Positions 1 through 14,101 of a DNA stretch of 64,000 nucleotides are shown piece by piece. The notes beneath the pieces are model-generated. The model was given only the letters and a program-made list of their open reading frames with translations. It searched no databases and had not been told where the DNA came from. The DNA comes from Azolla caroliniana (lineage: Eukaryota; Plantae; Polypodiophyta), in assembly GCA_043228905.1 (NCBI GenBank), contig JBHGNT010000003.1, forward strand, positions 6,014,001 through 6,078,000, in the 5' to 3' direction. Made by a program: the position numbers and the translations under genes. Numbering within the stretch: the stretch's first letter is position 1; every line of letters starts with the position of its first letter.

Positions 1-720
1 GTAGGTAACAAGCAGGAGACTTCATAGAGCTACGTAGTCTGGTTGGTGTATTTCTGACAGTGCCAATTAGAAAGGCAGCAAATGGTTGCAATAATTAAGA
101 GAAAGCAAAGAGATGCAGAAGATCATAACTGATTTGAAAAGTGGTGGGACTTAACAATCACAATACATCTTCTGTTTGTGTACGATATTGGTGAGAACAT
201 GGTGTTTTTCCATCAATTCATATTGCATATATGGAAAAATGCTTTTTGAGCAGACATTCAGTTTTCTAATGTGGCGAAAGTCAAAAGCTAATGAGCAGAG
301 AGGAATATTAAAGAGGGTACAAAGCCGTGGTTCCACAGTTTCGGTTTGATTCAAACCGAATTGTTGCTGATTGCTAGTTTTACCCTTACCTACATGCATT
401 AGAAAATAACGCAGCACATGTATTCTAGCAATGAACATTTGTGTCCCTGATGCCACCTCCAACTCATCTCATATGATCCTACTTAAAGGCAAAACCACTT
501 AATTATCTCAATGCATAAGATGCATATCATTGGTGAGCATATTTCAGTGTGACAAAACTACAACACAAACATTAACAATAACCTGGAATGGTCAATTAAT
601 CTTGCAAATGTTGTCATCCTAGAGTTTTACGAGTACAACACCATCTTAGATCATATGGGCATCTCTCTTGAAGAAGCTTGATCTAGAACAAGATGTGCAA
701 CTGCTTCAGTGACACCTTGA
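1..720 (-). pseudogene. Exon-like relics (possible pseudogene exons or 3'UTR exons)
   Basis: On the minus strand, AG/GT-bounded segments lie at ~715-582, ~479-391 (donor GTAAGG) and ~55-1. Their frames contain stops and no product is recognisable. Confidence 0.2.
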
Positions 721-1385
721 AGGTTCCAAATCAAAACAACATTAAATCTTTTAGTTTAGCTTACAAGTTTATTCAAGGGATAAAGAGTCACAACTTTCCA
801 AGCTCTAACAAGTAAAGACTATTATTCTCAAGTTACTATGTAACTCCAATGCATGGTGGCTACGTCGAACAAATGTATACTTTAAGCTCTTAGAACCATG
901 TCATATGCTAAGTATTCTACCAGTATTAATATTTTCTTATAAATAAATAGAATATGCATTTTACAGATAAAATATGTTAAATACACTTAGAATTCGCGTA
1001 CAACACTTTAAAAATGTAGAATACATGCTTTTTTGAAGTGTTAAATACTTGTTAAATACATAAAATACCTAAAATACATCAAATTCTTAGAATACGTGAA
1101 AAATTGAAAAATAGTAGTTCTAAAACATAATATGTGTAGAATATTTCGGCGTCTGAAATGTAGAATACACGTTTTTGAAGAACTATGCTGGTATACCAGT
1201 TCACATTTGAGACAGAAGGTCGCATGTGTATATTACTGAAGCCTTCTTAACCTATGATTACATTTGTATGGTGTCAGCATGAAAAGCAATTCTTTAATGT
1301 TTTACATTTTGTGTCAGTTCTTAATTTACCATGGAAACAGCTAGAATTTCTTTTTGGTTTAATCATAGTGTACTCACTTTCTCAC

Positions 1386-2201
1386 TCATCGTGATAGGGA
1401 GATGGAGACCATATGCTCTCTTAATTTATGGAAGAAATAGAGAAGCAGCCTTCTATCATCAAGTTTCGATATCCGGAGTCCTTGGCTTTTAGGATATCGA
1501 TACACGATGAGATCATTGGAAGGTTTCTTGTTAGCAAGAATCTCTTTTAAATAATCTTCCTTGATATCTATCCTACAAAAGAAGAACTCCTCACCTAAAA
1601 CCTTCAATCCATATAGCGTCTGTGACTTAAGCTCACCTTTTGCCTCCACAATGTTAGCTTGGCATGCAGCAATCAGAGAGGCAGCTAGTTGAACATCACC
1701 CTTCTTGTACCTTGTATCAAATTTGTGAAACCCTTCTTGAAGAATCCACACAATACCATCCACATTTCGACCTTCCCTATTTGATAAAAGGGTGTAGTTT
1801 CTGCCATCAACTCGCAAGGGCAGCTTTGAGGCCCGAGTGTAGACATTCAAACCATTATTTAGATGACATTCTTGGATAAGACAGTCCACAAGATCATGTA
1901 GATACATGTCATATTTGCTTGAAGAATCGAGACGGTTGAGTAATACATCTTGCATTCGCTGAGCAAATAGTCTCTGTGGAGCAGAAAGGGATGGATGGTC
2001 ACTTGATCGATACTTCAGAAATTGAGAGAGTCCGAACTTGTCAAGTTCCAAATGTTTGAGATAAGAAGGCACAAAGTAGTTAGTAGAATTGGGGAAGATG
2101 GAAGACGGATCGTTGGTTTCTGCTATTACTATCCGGAGAAGTAATTTTTCTTCTCTTCCCATCCTTGAACCATGGCTACATATATCAAGTTCCTCTTCCA
2201 T
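1386..2201 (-). CDS. 271-aa protein, putative PD-(D/E)XK/restriction-endonuclease-like fold of a family I associate with fungi; catalytic residues appear substituted
   Basis: Uninterrupted ORF from ATG in AT-rich DNA. The motifs SNREGR...WILQEGFHK...GDVQLAASLIAACQAN...LYGLKVLGEEFFF resemble, from recall, the (A)DxEG...QEDK...QLxAxxIAAxQxN...GI pattern. A possible 5'UTR intron runs from donor GTACGA (~4060) to acceptor CAG (~2261). Confidence 0.6.
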   Translation of the reverse strand: MEEELDICSHGSRMGREEKLLLRIVIAETNDPSSIFPNSTNYFVPSYLKHLELDKFGLSQFLKYRSSDHPSLSAPQRLFAQRMQDVLLNRLDSSSKYDMYLHDLVDCLIQECHLNNGLNVYTRASKLPLRVDGRNYTLLSNREGRNVDGIVWILQEGFHKFDTRYKKGDVQLAASLIAACQANIVEAKGELKSQTLYGLKVLGEEFFFCRIDIKEDYLKEILANKKPSNDLIVYRYPKSQGLRISKLDDRRLLLYFFHKLREHMVSISLSR

Positions 2202-2384
2202 TCCTTGTGTGTGCTGGTCTCTGTAAATGTCCTTGAGTCAACAATGAAAGCTTTCAATTACTGGAAAAGCAAAGCAATAAATAGGACATAAGTGAACAAG
2301 ACAAATAGGGCATCTATATGCAGAAACAACAAAAAACTTCCTAAGAGGGTTCGCACGGTAATGATTCTTTTTTCTCTAGAATCT

Positions 2385-2555
2385 TCATTATTGGGAACAT
2401 ATTATACATTAGGGCAATGATCAAGGATTGAAGTACGATTCAAACTATTCTTCGGATCGTCAGACATTCAGAGGATTATTATTGGGAATATTATACTTAA
2501 GGGCAATGATCAAGGATTGAAGTACGATCCAAACTATACTTCCGATCGTCAGACT
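2385..2555. repeat. ~85-bp imperfect tandem duplication
   Basis: attattgggaa...agggcaatgatcaaggattgaagtacgat...gatcgtcagac occurs twice. Confidence 0.8.
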
Positions 2556-4279
2556 CTCTAGTGATGTATGTTTCAGAGCATTGTGTGCCAGTTTATTGTG
2601 AAATATGATAGAATACTCATAGTGGCTATATTTATCCTTGGGGATTTCCATCATAAACCATTAACACCACAATCTGAATTCAAGCATTCATACCATTACA
2701 ATGCAATATTAATCCAAACAATCTGAGTTCAAGAACTCATACCATTATGATGCAATACTAATTGAAACAATCTGAATTCAAGGATTTATACAGTTATACC
2801 CCAACATTAATCCGATTCTCACATCATTTCCTAGTATTCACATCCAGACAGCTGGAAAATTTCATCAAAACTTCAAACGAAAACATTCATTATAAAAACC
2901 AGAATGTTACCAAACTTATACACAGAAACACTCTAGAGATTGATGAAACAATCAAACTACCTACAGCATACCTAACACGCCACGAAATTCAAACTCAAAC
3001 CTCATCTGCCCTTACACCCACCCACATAACGTCATACATTATCAAAACTGAATCTCATGTGCCTTAAAATCCCATACTGAAAGCACAAACCAAATCTACA
3101 TTCAAAATCCATAGCTTCCCCAAGGCTAGCCTACTATTTTCAAACCTAAAGCATATCTTATCCAAGACCTTATTTATCTTGTGCAAACTAAAGCACATGG
3201 TTCATTGAAACCAGCTCTACCTTTTCTTAACCCACATAAACCATGCCTAAACCAAGTTGCAAATTCATCTCCAATCCATCTAAAAGCATAGTTACATTTA
3301 AAAAACCACCTAAACCTTACATTTCTGCTAACATAAATTATGCTAAAATAGGAGTCCATCAAGCTCCAATCTACCTTAATAAAGCAACATAAAACATGCT
3401 GAAAATCCATCAAATCCTTATATAACTTTAGAAACCCACATAAGATCATACATATCCAAATCCTAATCTACATTTATAAAGCATCTGAAACAACATAAAG
3501 CGTATCTAAAGCATTATCACACGTTTCATTGAAATGGATACAGAATGCCACTAATTTATGAGAAAGTTATTAAAGCATCAGTGCATTAGATGCAACTTAG
3601 CTCGGTACAAAATATAGAAACATTAGTGATGAGTGAAAATATATCAATTATAATATATGCCAAAAATCAGAATCGAAATAGGTCTATTAAGATGATGTTA
3701 AAGCACTGAATTAAAATACAACTATTGAAAGGATAAAAAACAATCTGAATTAAAATACACCTATTAAGAAGAAGCAAAATATCTGAATCAAAATCGTCCT
3801 ATTAAAAAGATGCAGTAGAAAATTCTGAACCAAATACAACGAATGAAAATAAGCAAAAGAAAAACCGAATCAAATACAACTATCAAAAAAATCCAGAAAA
3901 CCTGAAATAAATACAACTATGAAAGCGGTGCAAATTCTTTCAAACACAAGAACTACTTGAAATATGCAATTTTGATTGGAAATCAAATACAAAAACATCA
4001 GAGAGAAAACGGACGACGGAGAATTAAATAAACAAACAAATTACTTCTAAAGCTTCGTACCAGAATGATGAGTTCCAAATGAGACCGTGGGCGCTCTTCT
4101 TTCTTCAGGTCCCAAATCTCCGTTCACAAATGGACGCTCTCTGCTTTGTGCTCTGTTTTTTCTTCTTTAGTCTGTATCTTCCCTTCTTACATTTTCTGCT
4201 TAGTTTTTTTTCTTCCTATTTCTTTGGCCAATAACAAAATCATAAAGAAATTTCTTGTTTTTAATTGGTCACTCCATGT

Positions 4280-4730
4280 TTAGAATGAATTTCACTTTTT
4301 GACGAATTTAACCTAGATTTGATTGGTCTTGTAACGGACACCATTATGTCCGGACAACGAACGAAAAAGCCGGCCGTCCACCACCAAAAACCAACAGTCC
4401 ATAAGCCAATTATTTCTAGCTTATTTGAATGTAAACCTCGGATATCTCTTCTACCTCCTATTGCGATCCATATCTTCTCAAAAGTTGAATGCTCCACAAC
4501 CTCAACTACATTACCAAGATGTTCAACATTACAAACTATCAAGTAGAAGAGGAATACTAAGGACAAAATGACACTATTACACTTAGGATTACAAGTTTGA
4601 GGGTGTGTAAAGAATCCTTGTTGGAGTCAGGGCAACGAAGTGTGGCTTAATCCTTTAAGGTTGAAAGAGATTTGACCTAATCCCTTAAGATCCAAAGACC
4701 TACACCACCATCCATTGTAATACAACACTC
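4280..4730 (+). repeat. Dispersed repeat, also present at ~42180-42370
   Basis: ccaccaaaaacc and gtgtggcttaatcctttaag...aatcccttaagatc...ctacaccaccatc...gtaatacaaca blocks are shared with 42180-42370. Confidence 0.65.
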
Positions 4731-5155
4731 AAAGACACAATGAGACAACACATAGACTTAATCCACAAAACCAAGATGATATCACTACTATTTGCAATAG
4801 TAAAAGAACATGTATTAGAGATCTAAGATTTGCATATGTATAGTTGGATTTGGAGGGATCACTACACTAGGATGACCCGGTTGACCTTTCCTTGTAGAGT
4901 GTCCTACTTACATAATTCCCTCACCAAAGGCCAACATAAGATAGGAAGACTACAAAACTTTCACCAACACATGTATATGGGTGCCACTACACTAACACAC
5001 TAAATGTGTAGTCATTTTTGCACACACTAAATGGATGGAGGAACAATAGCATGATTTCATTGTTTGAATTGTTGAGAGAGATTTTGCCTAAGGATAGTTT
5101 GATGTCAGAATCTTATGTGCATTCAACTAAAGCATTACCACATGTGGGTTTAGAT

Positions 5156-5730
5156 TAGCAATGGGCACGGTTCAGTTCGGTTTCAAGGCAAAGAAACCGA
5201 ATTGAATCGACACCGAACCATTTATATAAAACGAAACCGAACCGAACCGTTTATAAACTCTCAAGTATTCAAACCAAACCATTTAAACCCAAACTGTTTA
5301 GGGAAAAGTTGAAACCAAACCGAACCATTTAATAAAAAATTTAAACCTATTCATTTAAGTCAAACTAATTAAACATCTAAATAAACAAAAATACATTAAA
5401 TTAAATAAGCATTTAAGTTAAATTTATTAAATCAATAAAAAAACTTTAATTTAACAATTAGATTAAATAAACATTACAATTAAATTAATTAAATCAAACA
5501 AAAACCATTAAATTAATAAGCTATTAAGGTAAAATAAAAGTTAACCAAAAAGCTATTAATAAACCTTTGAACCTATAAACTTGAGTTTTATAACCAAACC
5601 AAAACGAAATCAAACCATTTATTGAAAATCCAAACCAAACCAAACCATTAAATTTTTTTGGAACCAATAAATTGATAAACCATGGCTTAACAATTCAATT
5701 CGGTTTGAGCCAAAACCATGCCCATTGCTA
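5156..5730. mobile_element. Non-autonomous hAT-type MITE (575 bp)
   Basis: TIRs TAGCAATGGGCACGGTT / AACCATGCCCATTGCTA, perfect 8-bp TSD GTTTAGAT (5148-5155 and 5731-5738), subterminal AAACCG/AAACCA repeats, AT-rich core. Confidence 0.9.
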
Positions 5731-6029
5731 GTTTAGATAATGAACTGGTTGGTTAGGTGTTAAAATTTTGGTGATGCAGGAACCCCAAAGACTCCAAAAC
5801 CCATGATATATGTATGCATTGTGAAAATATCGAAAATGCACTAGGGAAAGGCTCTCTTTGCTAGTCATTAAGAACAACATTGTATGCTATTGCAAATGGG
5901 GGAGGTGTTGAAGAAAGGAACATCTATCACAAATCTTGGTTTGACCTTCATCTTGTTGAGTTGGATATATAAGGTAGGTTATTTTAATACCCAAGGACAA
6001 CTTTTATAAAAAGTCAAAATTGCCCCTAC

Positions 6030-7193
6030 CCCAATGGCATCCAAGGGGTTAAGCTAATCGAGAGTGTCATCCGGCCCGACTCCTTATATTATCTGTCAAG
6101 GGCACAAGATAGAGAAGATCAATGTGTGCAAATAATTGATTTGAAAGAATAGTTGAGTAAAAAGCTTTTACGGGGCGAATTAGAAACTTATGAATGGAAA
6201 TGGGCTAGGGAAACACCTTATCCTCTACAAAATGATTTCATTGATCTCCTTGGTTTTGAGAATTATGAGAAAGTTCTCATCTCATGTAAAGCATCACTCA
6301 AGCAAGAGGCGAAAAATCCATTATTGTACTTTGAGAATGATGAAATCAATGTATCTAAGGAACAACAATGCCAACAATGAATGACCATCACAAGCTTGTA
6401 AAATAACTTGTTGCAACATCCAAAGAATGAAATATTGGAAGAAGCAACTGATGGTGAGATATGATCCATCAAGATCATGGCAAAAGCAATCTCAATTTTA
6501 TATCAGAAGTTAGATGCCAATCATACAAAGGTTTTAGGGAAGATGAATGAAATGAGGAGAGAATTTCATCGAGGATTTCAATGTCTGAGGAAAGATGTTA
6601 TAACCAATGTTGAGAAATCTGTAGGAAAGTTATTGAGGTTAGCTATGGAGAATGAGGCAAAGAAGTAACTCCCTCAAGTCGTCATCCTTACAAACATCGA
6701 TGGCAAGAAGATAAAGAAATTGGTGACTTCAATGTTGGGATTATCATCAGTGCAAATACATTTGTATTGCGAGGATCCATCATTGCCACACCCAGTGGAA
6801 AACCAACCTGGAATCACCCTCACATCTTAGTTAGAGTCTCATCGACAAAGCCTACACAATGCTCTTCCCTATATTAATGGTTTCTTTTGTGTTTTGGCTC
6901 CTTTCACAAGCTCTTTGATACCTGATTGGACTCCCCACCTCAAACTTGCAAAAGACTACCCTATTATATTAAGAATTATTAAATCTGAATTTGATACAAA
7001 GCAGTCCTTTAAAGAATGGCAAAAGTGTTTGGCGTCCATATTAGCAAAAAATGGAGGAGCAACAGATGAAAACATATATGAGAAGTTTTGTTTAAGGTGT
7101 GCCATCTATGATAATAAAGTTGATGGGGTATCTCAAGTTGCATGGTTATGCAAGACACATTATGAAGCACAACGACGCTTCCCCCTAAATTAA
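6030..7193 (+). pseudogene. TORNADO1-like Roco pseudogene, C-terminal fragment (copy C)
   Basis: Reads PNGIQGVKLIESVIRPD...VAWLCKTHYEAQRRFPLN, colinear with the C-terminus of ORF 51189-53807, with several in-frame stops and an internal deletion. Confidence 0.9.
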
Positions 7194-7929
7194 AATCAAA
7201 GTACTTTCTACTTTTGATGTGTGTGTGTGTGTGTGGATGGGGACATTCTCTCACTACTTTGAAAACTTTGAATCCAAAATCTATTGTAAACTTCCTTATA
7301 TTCTTTGACTAAACCGATTTGGGCTTTTACTACTAAGATCATTGTCATGTTTTTAATGGGGAACAATCACGCTTATTCTTGTAGTTTGAAAACATGGATA
7401 GGAACATGAGATGTTATTTTCTTCAAGAATTCAATGCTTTTAAAGAAATGTTGTTGCATCTCAGGTGTGTATTTAACATTGCATTGAGCATGTATCAGTG
7501 TTATATGAATCATCACATGGTTGATTTCAATATCTCTATGTTAATACTTTACGACTTAGTGTTGGCTCTTTAGTATGGCTACAACTTCACTCTATATCTC
7601 TTGCAATAACATCGTTTGATGCATAGTTTCGTTGAAGAAAACTTGCCTACACCATTGTTTCCAAGAATCCAAAGTGTTATTAGGCTAACCAATTCCAACA
7701 CAACTTGAGTTGTGGCATTAATAAGACTTGAGTGCATATTGTCAGTGGTGGAAAACAAGATCTCTTGTGCCTTTATCACCAACGTCATCCCATCCTCTTG
7801 AAGTTTGTATCTATCAACTAGACCCTGCCATGATAACCAACGTACATTCCATCACTTGATTGCACCTTGCACTTTGCATAATTGCAATAAACTTTGTTGA
7901 TTTAAGGCATTGGGCAATAATGTGTTTGT

Positions 7930-9700
7930 TGGAGGTACGATCATCCCTTTTTGGCCATAGATCTTCCTAAAATAGTCATCTATACATTTCTTTTTGTTGA
8001 TAATTTGTGTCTCCACGAAGCCTTTTGATGGAATATCTTTGTAAGTTACTAGAATTGTTGATTTTTACTACGAAGAATAAATGTAAAGAATGGGAATCTA
8101 TCATTCTTTGTTTTCTACCAACCATTGATACCCTTTTAGCTTAATGCAAACATCAAATAAAAGGAAATGCTTGACTGGGCTTTGAATCACTTGACAAAAA
8201 AAATTGGAATGGTGTTTGTTAGTAGGTATTGTCAACAACATGAACTACTAGGCATTTAGTTTGAAGAAAGTCATGGTAGAGGATGTAGTTTGGATTTGTG
8301 GATATTTAGATTGCATTCTTGGCACCATTGAGGACAACATCAAACACTTAGCCATCAATCATTAATATTATTTTGTAGAGTTGCAAACCATTACAATACA
8401 AGTTGTTCAATTAACAGGGATGCTGCCATAGGCTATAAGACCTATATGAATAAGGTTTGCTATTGTTTTTAAGAGAACGGCGCACAAAAAATTGGACTAA
8501 AGAGAAAACAACGACCTTACGTTTACATTATGGATTCTTACTAGTCAGACTTAAAAGTGTCATGTTCCAACTCTGTGAAAATGGACAATATTTCCAATTT
8601 TTTTGTATGTTTGAGGGCTAAAGCTATAAAAAACATGAGAAGTTTCATTATCCATGCTAAAGAATGATGCCCAAGCATATTAAAAATAGGAAGGTTACAT
8701 CAAAATAATGATATGCAAAAAAGTTGAGTTTGTATTTGTAGCGCACAATTAATTCTAAGACCACAAGAACCAAATATGTCTAGGAAAAACGCATGCAATA
8801 AGATCTTCATTCTAATCATGGAGAACATTGGCCTCAATATCCCATTGATAAGATACTCGAATGGATCACCATATGCATATGTTCTCTTATTCGTGTGACA
8901 GCTATGATAACAACATAGCCCCAAAAATGGAGTGATGAAAATGTACTAGAAAATAAATAGGGAGAGATTGCATTTTGTACGCATAAATGTTAAACCTTGC
9001 ATACAAGGATGTGCACAATAAAATCCACCTTGTACAAATTGTGGCACAAAGAAGTTCTACCTTGCAGCCCATTCTTTAGTGCACTTGATCATTGTCACCA
9101 TACAATACCTACAAAACCACATACTCTTGAAATCGAGCCCAATGAAGTAGCCACATACTCTTGAAAGCAAGCCCAATGAAGTAGCCACGTACTCTTGGAA
9201 GCAAGCCCAATGAAGTGCGACAAAGGGAAATAAATGTTGTAGAGGTTTATCTTTAATCAATACATGTTCCATTTGGCCAAAGGGGTCCTTACATCTACAT
9301 ACACATATGGACCATTTCTTTACATCAAAAGGCAAACGTAAAAGGATATTTGTGAAAAGCAAGTGTTGTTACATTAATGGATAGGCAATGGTCTACATTT
9401 GGTCCTATTCATATTGTCTTTGCTGTAGAGAAACAAGGCCAAGCGATTGCTCTTGAAAGATATGGCTTGCAAGGTGTGATACTTTTTGCATTCCTGAAGA
9501 TTTGCTACCTTTTTATTTCTATTTTTTCTTGACCTCTCTCTGATTTCTCTCTGGGGAATTGTCTTATGTGGTTGTTAACTCAGAACTTATATTGTCTTGT
9601 CTTGGAGAAGTGGTTACTTATGTAATAGACTATATGATATGCAGGTATAGTCTCTTTGATCTTGTCTATGTTTGTCGATGTGTCTCCATAATGAGAGTGA
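7930..9700. repeat. Inverted segmental duplication of ~61560-62950
   Basis: Reverse-complement blocks: 7940-8110 with 62770-62950, 8500-9400 with 62010-62710, and 9480-9690 with 61560-61780 (e.g. KHRQDQRDYTCI vs KHREDQRDYTCI). Confidence 0.8.
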
Positions 9701-9749
9701 GGATGAAAGCTTCGATGATTTCAGCTCATTGACGGACCAATCCATTACT

Positions 9750-9855
9750 CGAATGATATTCTTGGATAAGAAGACAGTCCACAATATTATGAAGATACAT
9801 ATCATATTTGCTTGAAGAATAGAGACAGTTGAGTGATACATCTTGCATATGCTAA
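9750..9855 (-). pseudogene. Short relic paralogous to the 1386-2201 gene
   Basis: ttcttggataag...acagtccaca...catatttgcttgaagaat...gttgagt.atacatcttgcat aligns with 1862-1970. Confidence 0.75.
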
Positions 9856-12357
9856 GAAAATACTACTCCAGCGTCACACTCTACTTGGTATTTTGCTAGA
9901 CAAAAGGGGGTTTAGTTTGTTTTACTAAGTGGCACGATATTCTCAACATGAAAGTTTCTTATAATTTTGGTTTGCCTCAAGTTCTTATGGGTATGTTCAT
10001 GACTGAAATAGAAAATGGAAAGGGTTAGAGTATCTTCATAACTTCATCACTTATTGTTCTCATGATGCCTTGATTATATATAAATCCAACAGCAAAAAAG
10101 GCTTTGATTAATGTTTGAAGTCTTAGAATTTTCTGTAATCATCATAACTATAGAAAGACATTGTTTGTCATTTTTCGATCTGGTAGAAATTAAGGTTTAG
10201 GGTACTTTTGATTGTAAAAAAAATTGCATCAGTGGTGTTCATGAATCATATAGCCGACAAGGTTTTGAATCCTGTTGGAGACGTGCTTTAGGTATTTTTG
10301 AACTTTTGTAAAACAAAGTTTAGATATTCTCAAATCCTACATAAAACATAGTCAGGAATCTTAAAAACAAAAATGCTAACAACGGTATAGGGAATGTTTC
10401 CATAGCCTTTAATCGGGTATGTTCTCTCATACCCTAATGGGTATCCGTGAATCCTAAAGAAAAGGGTGTAGGTATTCATGAATCAGACGAAGATTCATGG
10501 ATAACTCTGATGCTTCTTGGCATGCTCATTTAGGCAAGTCAATGACATGGGGAATTGAGAGTGAATGGGCTCTAAAGTGGGGAATTGATTGATGCTGACT
10601 TTTTGGAGCAGTTTAAAAACTTAGAATTCACTCATGAATGGGGCCATGGCTGAAAGCTTACACGTTCAAAAACTAATGAATGCTTGATGACAACTATAAC
10701 ATAAAAGGGTAAAAACTAATTTTCCCAAATGCCTCTGGCTAACCCCCATCTTGAGCAATTTAATTTGCTATCTGAGTGATTATATGGGTCAATTCATCTG
10801 CGTTTCTCAGCCATGGGGATGGAGCAGGGGCATTTAGGCAAATATTGAGAGCATAGAGGCATTTGGGGAAATAAAGGAAAACGCAGTGGCATTCTGGGGT
10901 TATATCTTGAATACTAATGGTAGTGATGATAAAAAGAAAATCATCATCATCATAATCATCAAGAAAGCCATGCCTTACCTAAACTAGATGTATCTGATTT
11001 TTTAGATATACGTGCTATCTACATGCATTAGAATTTAGAACTGGATTTTGGGCAACTGAAGAAGCCCAAATGTATTTATTTCGACATTCAACAAGAAAGT
11101 TCTGGTTCTAAACACTTGTTTCTTTTTCCTTTCTTCCACATAAATCCCTAGTAAATATATATGTACCATGGTCACTTCTCTTCGTGCCCATTGATTATAT
11201 GGCTGTTTGGGCTGCACAAAGGAAGCCCATTGTGGCCATGGCTAAACTCTAGAGTCGTCTCTGCTATCATTTAATGGTTGTGTCTTCTTCTTCCTCCTCC
11301 TATCATCTCCTCTTCATCTCTGCTTCACTGCATCGATGAAGACCTCTGTGTCATCTATCTCTGCTAAGGTCCCAACATCTTTGCACACACCAGAGTACTA
11401 ATGCCTCAAGACTTGACATGAATCCTCCTCTGTTGTTTCTTCTTCGTCCTCTTCCATATCTGCTTCTTCAGGAAGGCTAGTTCTATTTTTTTCCTGTATT
11501 TATTTATTTAAAACCTATTTATCTGAATTAGGGGGCTAGACATAATCAGTCTTACATTTTCTTCCAGGGTCAATTACCAGACCTCATTTAACCATATTTT
11601 CTCTTCCTCTGTTTGGCTAAATAAAACTATTTAAAATTGATAAATTTCTTCCTGATTTTGTTTTGTTTTTAAACCTTTAATTATTTATTAACTTCTTTTT
11701 TCTCGCTTGTGATAGTAAGAAGACATAATAACGTTGCATGTAAATATAGATACATATGATGATTTGTCCATTGTTAATTTTTTTGGTTATTTCTGCATCC
11801 TTTTGTCACTTTTTTTAAGTCTGACAAGAAGCACTTCAGATGGAAAATGTTCAGCCATATTTTTCCAATTTTTTTTTATCAGGGCCAGCATTAGATTATT
11901 CACATTATTTGAGTATTTCAAATACATATCTATAGCCATAATTCTTAATTTCTGTTGGTGTTGATTTTTTCCTCTCAATCTATTTCTAGAACATTTTCAT
12001 TTGAGTACATGGTAACTCCTTCATAATTTCTTCCTATTATTTAAACTTTTATTTAAACATTTCTTATTATTAGCCATGGCAATGTTTTTGAGTCTAAAGA
12101 ACACTTGAGAGGGTAGGGTTATTCGACCTTAGGTTCATAAATGTGAACAATGAGTGAATCTAGGGCTTGGATGGCCCTGAACTTGTTTTGGGAATCCCAG
12201 ACGATCAGGCTTGTCTTCTTTCATATAAAAAGAAAAGAAATAAGAATAAAGAAAAATAAGAAAAAAAGTAAACAAAACATTGAAACTCATTCTCTCTTTT
12301 TTATTATTACCATTGAGCAACCTTACCAACTGAGCTAGATCCATATGGGCAAATCAT

Positions 12358-12388
<31 letters not shown>

Positions 12389-14101
12389 TTGGTAAAAGCA
12401 CACAATTATATTAATTGTATGTGAAATCCACTTAGTTACAACACTTCTTAGTCTCCTCTACCTATCATATGCCTATGTAGGGAGAGGGATGTCCTATAAT
12501 GTTATTAAAAAACCCGAATAAGCATTTGAAGAAATGATCGCCACATGCTCTAACATCCAAAAAATCCACATGAGAATACCTTTCAACTTCTTTATATAGG
12601 CTTTCACCCCATGTCTATTGTCAAACATGAAAGCATTACGCATATTCCAATTGTGTTGTAGACCCCAATAATATAAAAATTGGAACAATATCTCCATCTC
12701 ATCATTTGATCCATTTTGAACATATTGAGAAAAAATCCATTGCTGAGGTCTCAAACAACAACGGGTTAAAACCTGCTAAATGTTCGATAAGTACTTCCAA
12801 ATGGTACACGCTATATGACATTTGATGAACCTATGTGTACTATCCTCCAATGGAACGGTGCAAAAGAAACAAGTGACATACCCTAGTCCTCGTCTCTTTA
12901 AGGCCGAACCTAATGGGAGCCCACCAATCATGACTCTCCATAAGAATACCTTTGCACGAAATGGTAGATTGGAATGCCATCCACGTTGTAATATTTTCCA
13001 CCACCTTGCATCTGACTTACATACATTCCACAACTTCGCCGCTTTAGGAGATAACCAAGATAATGATGCCATCGCATGATGATACAATATATTTGTAGTG
13101 ACCTGTAACAAGTGTGTACCATCTTGTAACCACCAATCCACCCAAGGTGCAAAATTTGTTTTCAATGGTAAAGATCCTTGCAACAATGGTATACCTTCTA
13201 ATTTCTCCCAAATAAATCCATAATTTGGGGGAATACATAACTATCGCTTGGCATCTTCAAAATCCGACAAGCTTTGAGATTCATTATCAACCACATCTTC
13301 TAAATGTACAATCCCCAATCGAAATAAATGATTGAATTGAGATCTCAACTTCTCTTTCCCATGCCAAAACAACACTCGAGAAGAAACAAGCAATTCATTT
13401 TGTAATGAATTACAATATTCTCGATCACTTGATGGTCCCCATTCAAAAAGAGATAATGCATCTTGCCACGATCTTACCAAATGTTGTCCACATACAAAAT
13501 GTTGAATCTTTAGAGGAATACTTCCATTGAGTAGTGACCACCATGATGCTTGGATCTTTGTTTTCCCATGCACCAATCCTTCATGCTCAATAAAGTATTG
13601 CATCATAGATATCCATGGTTGATCTTGTTGACATATATCTCGTAATAATGCAAATCTACGAATCATCAAATGCTTTTCCAAATCCAATATTGTTGCACCA
13701 CCTAACCTTTTAGGAGTAGCCAAATGGTCCCATGAAATCCATGTAACTCCCATCATTTCTCCCTTTCGCTACAACATGAACCAAATAGGTTGTAACATGT
13801 TTTGTAATGCCTTCTTAGTCCAAGGAAGTAAAGGCAAAAAATATAATAACATGGGTATCAACCACTTTGAGTTGTACATGAAAGGGTCATAATTGAGACT
13901 TCCAATACATAAATTTGTTCTTGAATTTACTACCAATCCAATCAATCAATTGAACATTTGTAACATCAATACCCAATGGATAACCCAAATGTCGATAAAT
14001 TGATCCTCGTGTAATCACTAAACCTCGCCATTCGAAACATTCCAAATCACTCTCCGTACAAGAAATAAGGCGAGACTTCCTCCAATTTATATATAACCAT
14101 G

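Noticed and set aside
918-1193. Possible MITE with AGAATAC repeats
   Set aside because: Terminal inverted match is short and imperfect, with no convincing TSD.
7690-7870. VRWLS motif suggesting a hAT transposase
   Set aside because: No other hAT motifs; the context WLSWQGLVDRYKL fits a decayed LINE ORF2 at least as well, and it is too short to call.
10600-12100. Short inverted CCATGGCT motifs and an acidic coding-like stretch
   Set aside because: Element ends, TSD and a recognisable product could not be defined.
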